This document shows, in pieces, positions 1 to 11,261 of a stretch of DNA of 48,180 nt. The stretch lies in NCBI GenBank assembly GCA_964515175.1, contig CAZEUR010000002.1, forward strand, positions 9,630 to 57,809. The letters are read 5' to 3'. The DNA comes from an uncultured Holosporaceae bacterium. Its GTDB lineage: Bacteria > Pseudomonadota > Alphaproteobacteria > UBA7879 > UBA5542. The notes beneath the pieces are model-generated. The model saw only the letters and a list, made by a program, of their open reading frames with translations, was not told where the DNA came from and did not search any database. The position numbers and the translations under genes are program-made. Position 1 is the stretch's first letter; each line of letters starts with the position of its first letter.

Positions 1-145
1 AGCCATTGACGTCGTCATTTCGTCACTCGCGTAGTTGCACCTACGCGTCGTTCCTCATTCCTAGTTCTGACTCAAAACTCTAGGCCTGTTTTTGTTATTA
101 GTCTTTAAGCCATTGACGTTGTCATTTCGTCACCCGCGTAGTTGC
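1..145. repeat. Two direct copies of a 38-nt sequence (1-38 and 108-145, 36/38 identical) at the window edge
   Basis: Read directly: AGCCATTGACGTCGTCATTTCGTCACTCGCGTAGTTGC vs AGCCATTGACGTTGTCATTTCGTCACCCGCGTAGTTGC. Copy 1 runs into a 7-bp inverted repeat, CGCGTAG-TTGCAC-CTACGCG (28-47). The region is non-coding and lies 3' of the PIN gene. Confidence 0.6.
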
Positions 146-250
146 CGTACGATGCGCTCCTTGCCCCCACTCTTCGTAAAAATTCTCGTCTAGCTGAAGC
201 GTTTGGATGCATTCCAAGTCCGAGTTTGGAAAGAACCTTGTGGCATAAAT

Positions 251-694
251 TCAGGCTTCTTCAGGGTGATAATGAAGGAGAGGCACTTCAATCTTTTGAG
301 AAAATTCTTCAAGGCAAAGAATAGGAAACTTGTTTGCAAGGTCTAACAAAACTTTGTCCCCCGTGACAAGATAATCTGCTTTGCTTTTTAAAAGGGTTTC
401 TAAAATCCAAGAGTCTGTCGGATCTTTTTCAAGGGGGACAGAAATAACGGTTACGTCAACGACTTCTGTGAAAAAAGAAAGAAGGACTATGTAAGTTTGA
501 ATCTCTTCTTCAGTCCACTTAATCCGTTTTTTTATTTTGGGATAAGTTAAAACGCGCTCAATTTCTTTCAGAATAATATTTGAAGTTATGAGGGAGATTT
601 TTTCTTCTTTCCATAATTTCAATATATGGCCTGCCTTGCTATTGGGAAGAAGAAGGCCAGAAATCCAGATGTTTGTATCAAGAACAACACGCAC
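251..694 (-). CDS. PIN-domain toxin (VapC-like, PIN_3 type) of a type II toxin-antitoxin pair
   Basis: 147-aa ORF with a GTG start at 694 that abuts the antitoxin stop codon (695-697). The N-terminal VVLDTNIWISGLL plus later acidic positions (ILKEIERVL, DPTDSWILETL, VTGDKVLL) fit PIN-domain nucleases. Confidence 0.8.
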   Translation of the reverse strand: MRVVLDTNIWISGLLLPNSKAGHILKLWKEEKISLITSNIILKEIERVLTYPKIKKRIKWTEEEIQTYIVLLSFFTEVVDVTVISVPLEKDPTDSWILETLLKSKADYLVTGDKVLLDLANKFPILCLEEFSQKIEVPLLHYHPEEA

Positions 695-967
695 TTATTT
701 TTTCCGGGAATTTTTAAGAGCTTCTTTTATCTCACTTTCTGCCACCGTTGCGGAAGATCCTTTGTAGGACTCCTCGAGCTCACGTGTAAGCTGATCAAAT
801 AATTTTCTAAATCGTTTTATTTTCTCAAAGAGCTCTACATCAATAATGGCTGCAATAGGTTTCCCCGCTTTGTTGATGAGGAGAGAATCATGACGGTACT
901 TAACCTCATTTAAAAGCTCTCCAAAATTTTTTCTAAAGTCCATGGCAGATATTTCGCGAATCATCAT
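695..967 (-). CDS. Phd/YefM-family antitoxin
   Basis: The track ORF is 695..1027. I prefer the ATG at 967 (MMIREISAMDFRKNFGELLNEV..., 90 aa) because the upstream 60 nt hold a near-consensus promoter. The pattern LLINKAGKPIAAIIDVELFEKI is typical of Phd/YefM antitoxins. The gene sits immediately upstream of, and is coupled to, the PIN gene. Confidence 0.8.
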   Translation of the reverse strand: MMIREISAMDFRKNFGELLNEVKYRHDSLLINKAGKPIAAIIDVELFEKIKRFRKLFDQLTRELEESYKGSSATVAESEIKEALKNSRKK

Positions 968-995
968 AATTACCCTAATTATATCAATTGTATTA

Positions 996-1023
996 ATTAT
1001 ATCTTGTGAGAGGGAGGCGTCAA
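996..1023 (-). promoter_or_regulatory. Predicted sigma70-type promoter of the antitoxin-toxin operon, with operator-like direct repeats
   Basis: The minus strand reads TTGACG (1023-1018), a 16-nt spacer, then TATAAT (1001-996). The 10-mer TAATTATATC occurs twice on the plus strand (976-985 and 994-1003), overlapping the -10 box and the leader. Confidence 0.45.
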
Positions 1024-1093
1024 CCACATTTTTGTTGCTTTTCCTTAGAAAAAAAAGGAAAGCCGGAGACCCTAAATTCCAGGCTCAAAACCC

Positions 1094-1122
1094 TTGCTTA
1101 AAAGGGAGGGGGGGCTTATAAT
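1094..1122 (+). promoter_or_regulatory. Predicted sigma70-type promoter upstream of dnaN
   Basis: TTGCTT (1094-1099), a 17-nt spacer, then TATAAT (1117-1122), about 40 nt upstream of the dnaN ATG. Sequence pattern only. Confidence 0.4.
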
Positions 1123-1161
1123 TGACGCATCTTAAAGAGGATCGTCTGGAAAGGTATCTGT

Positions 1162-2280
1162 ATGAAGCTGGTGGTGGAAAAATCTCTTTTGTTGAAGGCC
1201 TTGTCTCACGCTCAAGGGATTGTGGAGCGTCGGGCGGTGTCGCCTATTTTATCGAATGTATTGCTGAAAGCGGAAGACGATAAGTTGGTCATTACGGCCA
1301 CAGACCTGGATGTATCCATTGTGGAATCCTTGCCGGCCACCGTAGAAAAGGGTGGGGCGACCACAGTTTCTGCCCATACCTTTTACGATGTGGTTCGAAA
1401 GTTACCGGAAGGCTCTGAAATTGAGCTTTCGGAGAAAGTGGAAAACTCTCAGCTTGTTATCAGGTGTGGCAAATCAAAATTTAATTTACCGGTTTTGTCC
1501 GCCAAAGATTTTACCAATTTGAAGACCTCTGATTTGCCTCATCACTTCAAGCTGAAGACGGCAGAGCTCAGAGATCTTATTAATCATACACGTTTTGCCA
1601 TTTCGACTGAAGAAACCCGCTACTATTTAAATGGAATTTATTTGCATACCTGTACTCATGAGGGAGATCTGGTGTTGCGGGCAGTATCTACCGATGGGCA
1701 TCGTTTAGCACTTGCGGATGTTTTGGAGCCAGAGGGCGCGGCCGGTATGCCCGATGTGATTGTGCCCCGTAAAGCCATTTTAGAGCTTTCGAAGCTTCTG
1801 GAAGGCGTGGATTTGGATGTGGGGGTTGCCCTGTCCTTGACGCAAATTACTTTTTCAGTGGGGCGTATTTTGTTGGCCTCCCGCTTGATTGATGGGACGT
1901 TCCCCGACTATGAAAAAGTCATTCCAAGCTCCAACCCTCACATGTTGACTGTGAACTGTAAAAAGTTTGCGGAGGCGGTGGATCGAGTATCCACCATTAC
2001 CAGCGAGAAGTCTCGGGGGGTGAAGATTACCCTGGAGCCTCAGAAGATTATTATTTCGGCGTCCAGTGCTGACCAAGGTATGGGAACAGAAGAGCTAGAT
2101 GCCACTTATAATGGGAAACGTCTCATTATGGGCTTTAATGCGCGTTACCTTTTGGATGTGGCTCAGCAGGTATCTGGTGAGAATATGGTGTTTTGGTTGT
2201 CTGACGAAAACTCTCCCACCATTATCAAAGGGGGGGCAGAAGAGAACACGCTTTATGTGTTGATGCCCATGCGTCTGTGA
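1162..2280 (+). CDS. dnaN: DNA polymerase III beta sliding clamp
   Basis: 372 aa with the typical N-terminus (MKLVVEKSLLLKALSHAQGIVERR), three-domain length and a C-terminal ...YVLMPMRL. It is followed by recF and gyrB in the canonical order. Confidence 0.95.
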   Translation: MKLVVEKSLLLKALSHAQGIVERRAVSPILSNVLLKAEDDKLVITATDLDVSIVESLPATVEKGGATTVSAHTFYDVVRKLPEGSEIELSEKVENSQLVIRCGKSKFNLPVLSAKDFTNLKTSDLPHHFKLKTAELRDLINHTRFAISTEETRYYLNGIYLHTCTHEGDLVLRAVSTDGHRLALADVLEPEGAAGMPDVIVPRKAILELSKLLEGVDLDVGVALSLTQITFSVGRILLASRLIDGTFPDYEKVIPSSNPHMLTVNCKKFAEAVDRVSTITSEKSRGVKITLEPQKIIISASSADQGMGTEELDATYNGKRLIMGFNARYLLDVAQQVSGENMVFWLSDENSPTIIKGGAEENTLYVLMPMRL

Positions 2281-2315
2281 GGCTTTCTCCGTCCGTTTCT
2301 TTGGGGGCTCTTTGT

Positions 2316-3461
2316 ATGCAAGAAACCGCTTCTTGTTGGATCAAAAATCTCATGCTTCAAAATTTTCGAGGATATGATGCCTTTTGTTTAGAGACGGATC
2401 GTCGCTCCGTTGTCCTAACGGGTCAAAATGGAGCTGGTAAAACAAATATTTTAGAGGCGCTTTCTCTTCTTATGCCAGGAAAAGGATTACGACGTGCGAA
2501 GCCGCAAGATTTTGCGAGGGTAGGAAGTGGCTCCCAGAATTGGTCTGTTTCTGTTACAATGAACGTGAACCATGAGGATGTCCATGTTGGGACAGGGGTT
2601 CAGTCTTTGACGGCATCTGGTGAAGAGCGACGGATTGTAAAGATCAACCATGCGGTGAGCCCGCAGGTGGCCCTTTCAGAGTGGGTGAGTGTTTTTTGGC
2701 AAACTCCCCAGATGGATCGTCTTTTTGACGAAGGCATGGGGGTGCAACGGAAGTTTTTGGATCGGTTGGTGACAACTTTTTTTCCGGAACATTCTCAGCA
2801 CCTGTATCGATATGAGCATGCTTTGCGGGAAAGATCTCGTCTTTTAAAAGAAGGGACATCAGAGATAAAGTGGGTGGAGATTTTAGAGGCGACTCTGGCT
2901 CAGGAAGCTTTTGCTATTTTATCCCTGCGGCATGTTTTTTTGAAAGAATTGAATCCTTTGTGTAAGATGGGCGTCACTAAGTTTCCGAGTGTGGAGATTT
3001 CTCTTGTAGGAGAATTGGAAAACTGGGCAGAAACCATGTCTTCGTTGGACGCAGAGGAAAAGTTCCAGAGGAGCTTGCAAGAAAGCAGAGCCTACGATGC
3101 CCAATTTGGGGGCGCAAAAGTGGGGCCTCATCAAACTCAGGTGAAAGTATGGCACGAGAGTGTGGGTCAGTTTGCAGAGTTGTGCTCCACAGGAGAACAG
3201 AAAGCTTTATTATTGGGAATTTTGCTGGCAAACTGCCGATTGCATATGGGGCATCACCAAAGGCGGCCTCTGCTATTGTTGGATGAAGTGGTAGCCCACC
3301 TGGATGACCTGCGTCGAGAAAGCTTGTTTGAAGAAATTGAGAATTTGGGAATTCAAGCGTGGTTCACAGGAACAGATGAGTCAGTTTTTTTAGCCTTAGG
3401 TGAAAAGGCGCAATTTTTTAATATTCACCGGGCCAAGTTAATGCCCAAAATTGTAAACTAG
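2316..3461 (+). CDS. recF: DNA replication/repair protein RecF
   Basis: Walker A GQNGAGKTNILEA, signature-like STGEQKALLL and Walker B LLLLDEVVAHLD. The start is moved to the ATG at 2316 (MQETASCWIKNLMLQNFRGY), because RecF proteins begin just before the L.L.NFR motif. Confidence 0.9.
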   Translation: MQETASCWIKNLMLQNFRGYDAFCLETDRRSVVLTGQNGAGKTNILEALSLLMPGKGLRRAKPQDFARVGSGSQNWSVSVTMNVNHEDVHVGTGVQSLTASGEERRIVKINHAVSPQVALSEWVSVFWQTPQMDRLFDEGMGVQRKFLDRLVTTFFPEHSQHLYRYEHALRERSRLLKEGTSEIKWVEILEATLAQEAFAILSLRHVFLKELNPLCKMGVTKFPSVEISLVGELENWAETMSSLDAEEKFQRSLQESRAYDAQFGGAKVGPHQTQVKVWHESVGQFAELCSTGEQKALLLGILLANCRLHMGHHQRRPLLLLDEVVAHLDDLRRESLFEEIENLGIQAWFTGTDESVFLALGEKAQFFNIHRAKLMPKIVN

Positions 3462-3471
3462 AAAGAGATAA

Positions 3472-5895
<2,424 letters not shown>

Positions 5896-5900
5896 TAGTT

Positions 5901-7709
5901 ATGGCAAAAAAAGAAGCTCCTAAGGCGCCCGCAAAAATTAAAGATCTGCGTTCAAAGATCTTAAAGTGGATTTTGATCTTAGGCGTTTGGGGATTCATTG
6001 GTCTTGCGGCCATCATTGGCTGGTATGCTTATGACTTACCAGATATTCAAAACCTAGATACAAAAACACGTCAATCCAGCATGGTTTTTCTGACGCGAGA
6101 TTACCATGAGATTGCCTTGCAAGGAGATTTGTATGGCGAAACCATTACCGTTAAAGATGTTCCAAAGGCTCTTATTAATGCGCTGCTTGCCACAGAAGAT
6201 CGGACCTTCTTTCAACACTGTGGGATTGATTGGAAAGGACTTGCGCGTGCCTTTGTAAAAAACCTAGTGGCAGGGGGATATGTGCAGGGAGGCAGTACCA
6301 TTACCCAGCAGTTGGCCAAAAATTTGTTCTTGTCTCCTGATCGGTCCATCTCGCGAAAAATGCGAGAGTTTTTGCTAGCTCTCTGGCTTGAGCATCACTT
6401 TACCAAGGAACAGATTCTGAATATTTATTTGAATCGGGTTTATTTAGGTAATCGGACTTTTGGGGTGGATGCGGCAGCACAGCAGTATTTTGGGAAGCTC
6501 GTGTCTCATCTGAATACGGCGGAATGCGCGGTGATCGTAGGGCTTTTGAAGGCGCCCACCCGCTTTGGTCGAAATGACGATTTACTCCGAGATCGAGCGC
6601 AAATTGTTTTGAACAATATGCTGGAAGAAAAATATCTGACAGAAGAAAAATATAAACGAGCCTCCGAGATTTTGAAGACCATGAAGTTCCATAAAAATCC
6701 TTATGGAAACAACCATCGGTATTTCACGGATTGGATCTCTTCCGAAGTGGAAAAGTTGGTGGACAAAAGACAAGATCTGATTGTGGTGACAACCTTAGAT
6801 TTACCTCTGCAAAATACAGCGACACAAGTTCTTCGGGCACGACTGGCGACTATTCGAGAGGATTCCCATGTGGAGGAAGGGGCTTTTGTGGCTATGGGGT
6901 ATGACGGGGCTGTGCGTGCCATGATTGGGGGCAAGAACTATAATAGCAGCCAATTTAACGTGGCAGTCCAAGCAAGACGGCAGCCAGGATCTGTGGCTAA
7001 GATGATGGTGTTCTTGGCAGCCATTGAATTGGGCTACGATATGAACATGATGATTTCTGACAAGCCTTATCGCAATAAGAACTGGACCGTTCATGACTAC
7101 AAATGGGATACAAAGGGAGAAATAACTCTTAAGGATGCTCTTGTGTATTCTGTAAATACGGCAACTGTGCGTTTGGCTCAGAAAGTAGGCGTGAAGAAAA
7201 TTATTGAGGTGACGGAGCGCCTTGGCTTTCAGGACAAGCCTCAGGCAAATCTTACCATTTCCTTGGGGACATCAGAGTCCAATCTTTTGGAATTGGTGAA
7301 AGTAATGGGCGTTGTGGCAAGGCGTGGTGTGGCTGTGAAGCCTTATGGAATTCTGGAAATTCGAACATCTTCTGGAAAAGTTCTCTATAAACGCAATGAA
7401 GAGGCGGCCAAAGCGGAAGAGGTGCGTGAGTTTGATGAGTCAGTTATGGAAGAGATGGACCGTCTCTTAGAATTAACAGTGGAAGAGGGCCGCGGAAAGA
7501 ATGCTCAGATTGCCGGTAAAAAACCACGAGGAAAAACGGGCACCAGCCAAGACTTTAGAGATGCTTGGTTTGTGGGGTACACGGACGACATCGTTGCCGG
7601 GGTATGGCTCGGCAATCCTGACAATTCTTCCATGAATAAGGTTGCGGGTGGGAATTTTCCTGCTAAAATCTGGTCAGAGATTTTGAGGACCCAAAAGTCA
7701 CAGGAGTAA
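5901..7709 (+). CDS. Class A penicillin-binding protein (glycosyltransferase GT51 plus transpeptidase)
   Basis: N-terminal TM anchor. GT51 motifs are EDRTFFQHCGID, GGSTITQQLAKN and RKMREFLLALWLE. Transpeptidase motifs are SVAK (SxxK), SVN (SxN) and KTGTS (KTG). Confidence 0.9.
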   Translation: MAKKEAPKAPAKIKDLRSKILKWILILGVWGFIGLAAIIGWYAYDLPDIQNLDTKTRQSSMVFLTRDYHEIALQGDLYGETITVKDVPKALINALLATEDRTFFQHCGIDWKGLARAFVKNLVAGGYVQGGSTITQQLAKNLFLSPDRSISRKMREFLLALWLEHHFTKEQILNIYLNRVYLGNRTFGVDAAAQQYFGKLVSHLNTAECAVIVGLLKAPTRFGRNDDLLRDRAQIVLNNMLEEKYLTEEKYKRASEILKTMKFHKNPYGNNHRYFTDWISSEVEKLVDKRQDLIVVTTLDLPLQNTATQVLRARLATIREDSHVEEGAFVAMGYDGAVRAMIGGKNYNSSQFNVAVQARRQPGSVAKMMVFLAAIELGYDMNMMISDKPYRNKNWTVHDYKWDTKGEITLKDALVYSVNTATVRLAQKVGVKKIIEVTERLGFQDKPQANLTISLGTSESNLLELVKVMGVVARRGVAVKPYGILEIRTSSGKVLYKRNEEAAKAEEVREFDESVMEEMDRLLELTVEEGRGKNAQIAGKKPRGKTGTSQDFRDAWFVGYTDDIVAGVWLGNPDNSSMNKVAGGNFPAKIWSEILRTQKSQE

Positions 7710-7712
7710 GAC

Positions 7713-8342
7713 ATGGCAAAGCTTTATTTTTATTATTCGGCAATGAATGCAGGAAAAACAACCACTCTTTTGCAGTCGGATTATAACTATAAAGAACGGG
7801 GAATGAAGACGCTGCTGTTTATCCCCGTCATCGATGATCGGTACAAAAAGGGCACTATTACATCCCGCATTGGGTTGTCTTCAAAAGCAAAAGCCTTTGG
7901 GCCTGATTTTGACTTTTTGGATTTTGTGCAGAAAGAAGCCAAAAAAAGCCCTGAAAAGATTAAGTGCATTTTGGTGGATGAGGCCCAGTTCTTGAAGAAA
8001 GAACAGGTGGAGCAACTGAGCGATGTGGCAGATCTTTTAGGTATTCCCGTGCTGACCTATGGACTCCGCACAGACTTTTTAGGGGAACCTTTTGAAGGCA
8101 GTAAATACCTGCTCGCTTGGGCGGAAGAAATTAATGAAATAAAAACCATCTGTCATTGTGGGCGTAAAGCCACCATGAATGCCCGGATCGACTCTAAAGG
8201 AAAGCAAGTGCGCAAAGGCGAGCAAATCGCCATCGGTGGAAATGATCTTTATATTTCTTTGTGTCACAAACATTTCAAAGATGGGAATGTGGGGGGAAAG
8301 ACTAAGATGGTGGAGGAAGAGTCTCTAAAGGTATTTGCTTAG
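7713..8342 (+). CDS. tdk: Thymidine kinase
   Basis: P-loop [16 protein letters not shown], and a C-terminal zinc-ribbon pattern CHCGRKAT...LCHKH. Confidence 0.92.
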   Translation: MAKLYFYYSAMNAGKTTTLLQSDYNYKERGMKTLLFIPVIDDRYKKGTITSRIGLSSKAKAFGPDFDFLDFVQKEAKKSPEKIKCILVDEAQFLKKEQVEQLSDVADLLGIPVLTYGLRTDFLGEPFEGSKYLLAWAEEINEIKTICHCGRKATMNARIDSKGKQVRKGEQIAIGGNDLYISLCHKHFKDGNVGGKTKMVEEESLKVFA

Positions 8343-8372
8343 AATATATATCTATAGTAAGGGAGTTTAAAT

Positions 8373-8744
8373 ATGAACAGCAAGGATCCTAAAAAACTTT
8401 TTCAAGAAAATTTAAGATTATTTCAAGAAAATTTAAGATTAATAGAGGAGATGTTTATTCTGCCTCAATCCTCTGATTACCAAAGAACTATTCAATTAGG
8501 TAAAGAAAAATTAAATAGGATTTCCGAAAAAGATGGTCAATATGCAATTTGTTGCGATGAAGAAATAAAGCTTCTGGATGAAGTTGAGGAAAAGGGAAAA
8601 AGGGTAAAAAAGGCCTCTTCAACGAATGAAGAAAAAGAAAAATTATTTGAAGATCTTCAAAAATTAAAAAGTAAAATTAAAAAAGAAAACATGCAGAAGG
8701 ACCGCAGCTGGTTTTATAACGATCGCAATGACGATGGAGAGTGA
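8373..8744 (+). CDS. Hypothetical K/E-rich protein (orphan) containing a perfect 21-bp tandem duplication
   Basis: 123-aa ORF with a GGGAG Shine-Dalgarno 8 nt upstream. No recognisable motif. TTTCAAGAAAATTTAAGATTA occurs twice in tandem (8400-8420 and 8421-8441), encoding FQENLRL twice. Confidence 0.5.
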   Translation: MNSKDPKKLFQENLRLFQENLRLIEEMFILPQSSDYQRTIQLGKEKLNRISEKDGQYAICCDEEIKLLDEVEEKGKRVKKASSTNEEKEKLFEDLQKLKSKIKKENMQKDRSWFYNDRNDDGE

Positions 8745-8752
8745 AGGCCACC

Positions 8753-8781
8753 TTGCTCCACAGTGCCCTGAATGATATAAT
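8753..8781 (+). promoter_or_regulatory. Predicted extended -10 promoter abutting the start codon of the Atm1-like gene
   Basis: TTGCTC (8753-8758), a 17-nt spacer, then TGATATAAT (TG at 8773-8774, TATAAT at 8776-8781). The ATG at 8788 lies 6 nt after the -10 hexamer, with no Shine-Dalgarno between. Confidence 0.4.
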
Positions 8782-8787
8782 CGCCTC

Positions 8788-10572
8788 ATGCATAAAGTGT
8801 CTTCCACGCCCGCGCTGGATTTGAGCGTTTTTAAACTTCTGCGTACATATTTATGGCCAAAGGGCAATGGAGGCATTAAGGTCACCGTCTGCTTTTCTGT
8901 TCTTTTTATTTTAACTTCTAAAATCTGTGCCATTTGGACGCCACTTTTTTATCGGGAGGCAGTGAATGCGCTTAGTTTAAATCCCCGAGATTTTAGTTAT
9001 TTGGTTCTGGCGTCCCTTGGGGCATATGGATTGACGCGGGTTCTATCCGTAGGGCTTTTGGAGCTGAAAGATTTCTTTTTCGCGCGCGTTGAACAGCGAG
9101 CCGTTCGGCTTGTATCCATCCGAGTTTTTGAACACCTGAGTGCGCTCAGTCTTCGCTTTCATTTGGATCGACAAACGGGGAGTGTAACGCGCAGTTTGGA
9201 AAAGGGAAGTCGGGCTATTGAAACATTCCTGAAATTTTCAACATTCACCATTGTGCCTTTGTTCATAGAGCTTACCCTTGTGTTAGGAACGATTCTTTAT
9301 CTGTATGGAGGGATTTTAATGGCAATGATTGCCACAGTGGTCGTTGTCTACACGGTTTATACATTGAAGGTAACTCAGTGGCGAGCGGCCTTTGTTCGGC
9401 AAAAAAATCAGGAAGACACACAGTGTAATCACCGCGCTGTAGAAAGTCTTTTGAATTATGAAACGGTCAAATATTTTGGGAATGAGAAGCTAGAGCTTAA
9501 ACGATTTGATAAGGCTCAACAAGCTTATGAAGAGGCCGCCATTAAAGATAAGAGAGGTCTTGCTCTTTTGAATGCAGGGCAGGGTCTTATAGTATCCTTG
9601 GGGCTTGTGGGAACCCTTTGCTTCATGGGGAATAAGATCATGGAAGGGCAGATGACCGTGGGAGATCTGGTCCTGGTGAATGTCTATTTTGCGCAACTTT
9701 ATCAACCCCTCAATATGTTGGGTTGGGCTTATCGTGAGATTAAGAGATCTCTTTTAGAGATGCAAGAAATGATCGATCTTTTGGGGGCGCCCGTGGAGAT
9801 TTCAGATAGAGTAAGGGCAAAGGTTTTAAGTGGACGTGATACGACGGTTGTCTTTGACAATGTATCCTTTGCTTATAATGAAAACAGGCCCATTTTAAAA
9901 AATATTTCCTTTGAGGTTCCGGCGCATCATAAGGTGGCTATTGTAGGTCCCAGTGGATCCGGAAAATCTACGCTCGCGAAATTGCTTTTTCGATTCTATG
10001 ACGTGACGGGAGGAAGGATTTCTGTTGGGGGGCAAGATATTAGGGACGTGACCCAATCCAGTCTCCGGAAGTTAATAGGTGTTGTGCCTCAGGATATGGT
10101 TCTCTTTAATGAAAGCATTTCTTATAACGTGGGATATGGAGATCCAAAAGCTTCCAAACAGGAAATTGAATGGGCCGTTAAGGGGGCAAACCTAAAGACT
10201 TTTATAGCGCAGCTTCCAGAGGGCTTAGAGACGATCGTGGGAGAGAGGGGACTCAAGGTTTCAGGGGGTGAAAAGCAGCGGATTGCCATTGCGCGAACCC
10301 TTTTGAAAAAACCAAAGATTTTCCTCTTTGACGAGGCAACTTCTTCGTTGGATAGTAAAACGGAAAAAAATATTCAGGAGAATCTGAATAATATTTCAAA
10401 AAAGCAGACCACGATTCTAATTGCGCATCGGTTGTCCACAGTTGTGGATGCGGATCAAATTTTGGTTCTTGATCGTGGGGAAATTGTGGAGCGGGGATCC
10501 CATGAGATCTTGCTGAAAAAGAAAGGAATTTATGCGGAGATGTGGGCCCGTCAGCATAAGAAGCAATCATGA
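8788..10572 (+). CDS. ABC exporter, fused permease-ATPase, Atm1/HMT1 type
   Basis: 594 aa with a six-TM domain then an NBD carrying GPSGSGKST, LSGGEKQRIAIAR and IFLFDEATSSLD. The LLNYETVKYFGNE motif is characteristic of Atm1/ABCB7-type transporters. Confidence 0.88.
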   Translation: MHKVSSTPALDLSVFKLLRTYLWPKGNGGIKVTVCFSVLFILTSKICAIWTPLFYREAVNALSLNPRDFSYLVLASLGAYGLTRVLSVGLLELKDFFFARVEQRAVRLVSIRVFEHLSALSLRFHLDRQTGSVTRSLEKGSRAIETFLKFSTFTIVPLFIELTLVLGTILYLYGGILMAMIATVVVVYTVYTLKVTQWRAAFVRQKNQEDTQCNHRAVESLLNYETVKYFGNEKLELKRFDKAQQAYEEAAIKDKRGLALLNAGQGLIVSLGLVGTLCFMGNKIMEGQMTVGDLVLVNVYFAQLYQPLNMLGWAYREIKRSLLEMQEMIDLLGAPVEISDRVRAKVLSGRDTTVVFDNVSFAYNENRPILKNISFEVPAHHKVAIVGPSGSGKSTLAKLLFRFYDVTGGRISVGGQDIRDVTQSSLRKLIGVVPQDMVLFNESISYNVGYGDPKASKQEIEWAVKGANLKTFIAQLPEGLETIVGERGLKVSGGEKQRIAIARTLLKKPKIFLFDEATSSLDSKTEKNIQENLNNISKKQTTILIAHRLSTVVDADQILVLDRGEIVERGSHEILLKKKGIYAEMWARQHKKQS

Positions 10573-11261
10573 AGCGGGAAAAAATTCTTGTCTATGTGGG
10601 GGAGGATTTATTGGGAGATGCGATCCTCATGATCAGTTTTTGTCCCGCACTTGGAGTTATTTTTTCTCGGATTTTAAGCGGTTGAGAAAGACCTTCTTTT
10701 CTCATGTTTCATCACAGCTTTTGCATCTCTTGTCAGCAGTAACGCCTGTTAATAATTTAAAGAAATTTTCGGTGACATTGGATAAAAAATATAGGGATGA
10801 CGTGAAAAAACTGTTTCCAAAGAATCAGGTTTATATTGGGCTGTTGATAGGGGCAGGACAACCGGAAAGGCGATGGCCCATTGAAAACTTTATTCAAGTG
10901 GCGCAAAATAGATTGAGAAAAATCGTATTCCCGTTTTTATTTTTGGCCCTCAGGAGGCTGTATGGTGGGAAACATTGCGCGAAAAAGTTCCAGAAGCGCT
11001 TTTTCCTTTGCAGGAATACACTCACTTAACGGAATCTCCCTTGTATACGACTGCCATTGGAAATCCTATGCCCTGTACAGTGGCCAGTGATTCGGGAGGG
11101 GGCATCTTTTGGGGATTTCAAAGACACCTCTCATTAGCCTTTTTGCGCGGGATTCTTATGAGAAAGTGAAACCTTTGTCCGAGAATCTGACCCTCCTCTT
11201 TGAAGTCCCCCGAATGTCGGATTTATCGGTGGAGAAGGTTTTGGAAGCGGTGGTGAGATAG
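10569..11261 (+). pseudogene. Eroded glycosyltransferase family 9 (LPS heptosyltransferase-like) gene
   Basis: The ATG at 10569 overlaps the upstream stop (ATGA). GT9-like pieces lie in different frames: MKREKILVYVGEDLLGDAILM (stops at 10685); ...VYIGLLIGAGQPERRWPIENFIQVAQ; KNRIPVFIFGPQEAVWWETL...AVASDSGGG; and ...KVKPLSENLTLLFEVPRMSDLSVEKVLEAVVR, ending at TAG 11259-11261. At least three frame changes are needed (0>2>1>0). Confidence 0.65.

Noticed and set aside
142-324. 60-aa ORF on the plus strand
   Set aside because: It has a TTG start inside the 38-nt repeat and no RBS. It overlaps the 3' end of the PIN gene on the other strand and has no recognisable motif. It is most likely spurious.
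1028-1161. Replication origin or DnaA-box cluster next to dnaN
   Set aside because: I found no TTATCCACA-like boxes or AT-rich unwinding repeats by eye. dnaA is not present upstream, and alphaproteobacterial origins are usually elsewhere.
10532-11169. Track ORFs 10532-11029 and 10975-11169 as independent genes
   Set aside because: Their translations are consecutive pieces of one GT9 glycosyltransferase read in different frames. They are treated as fragments of a pseudogene.
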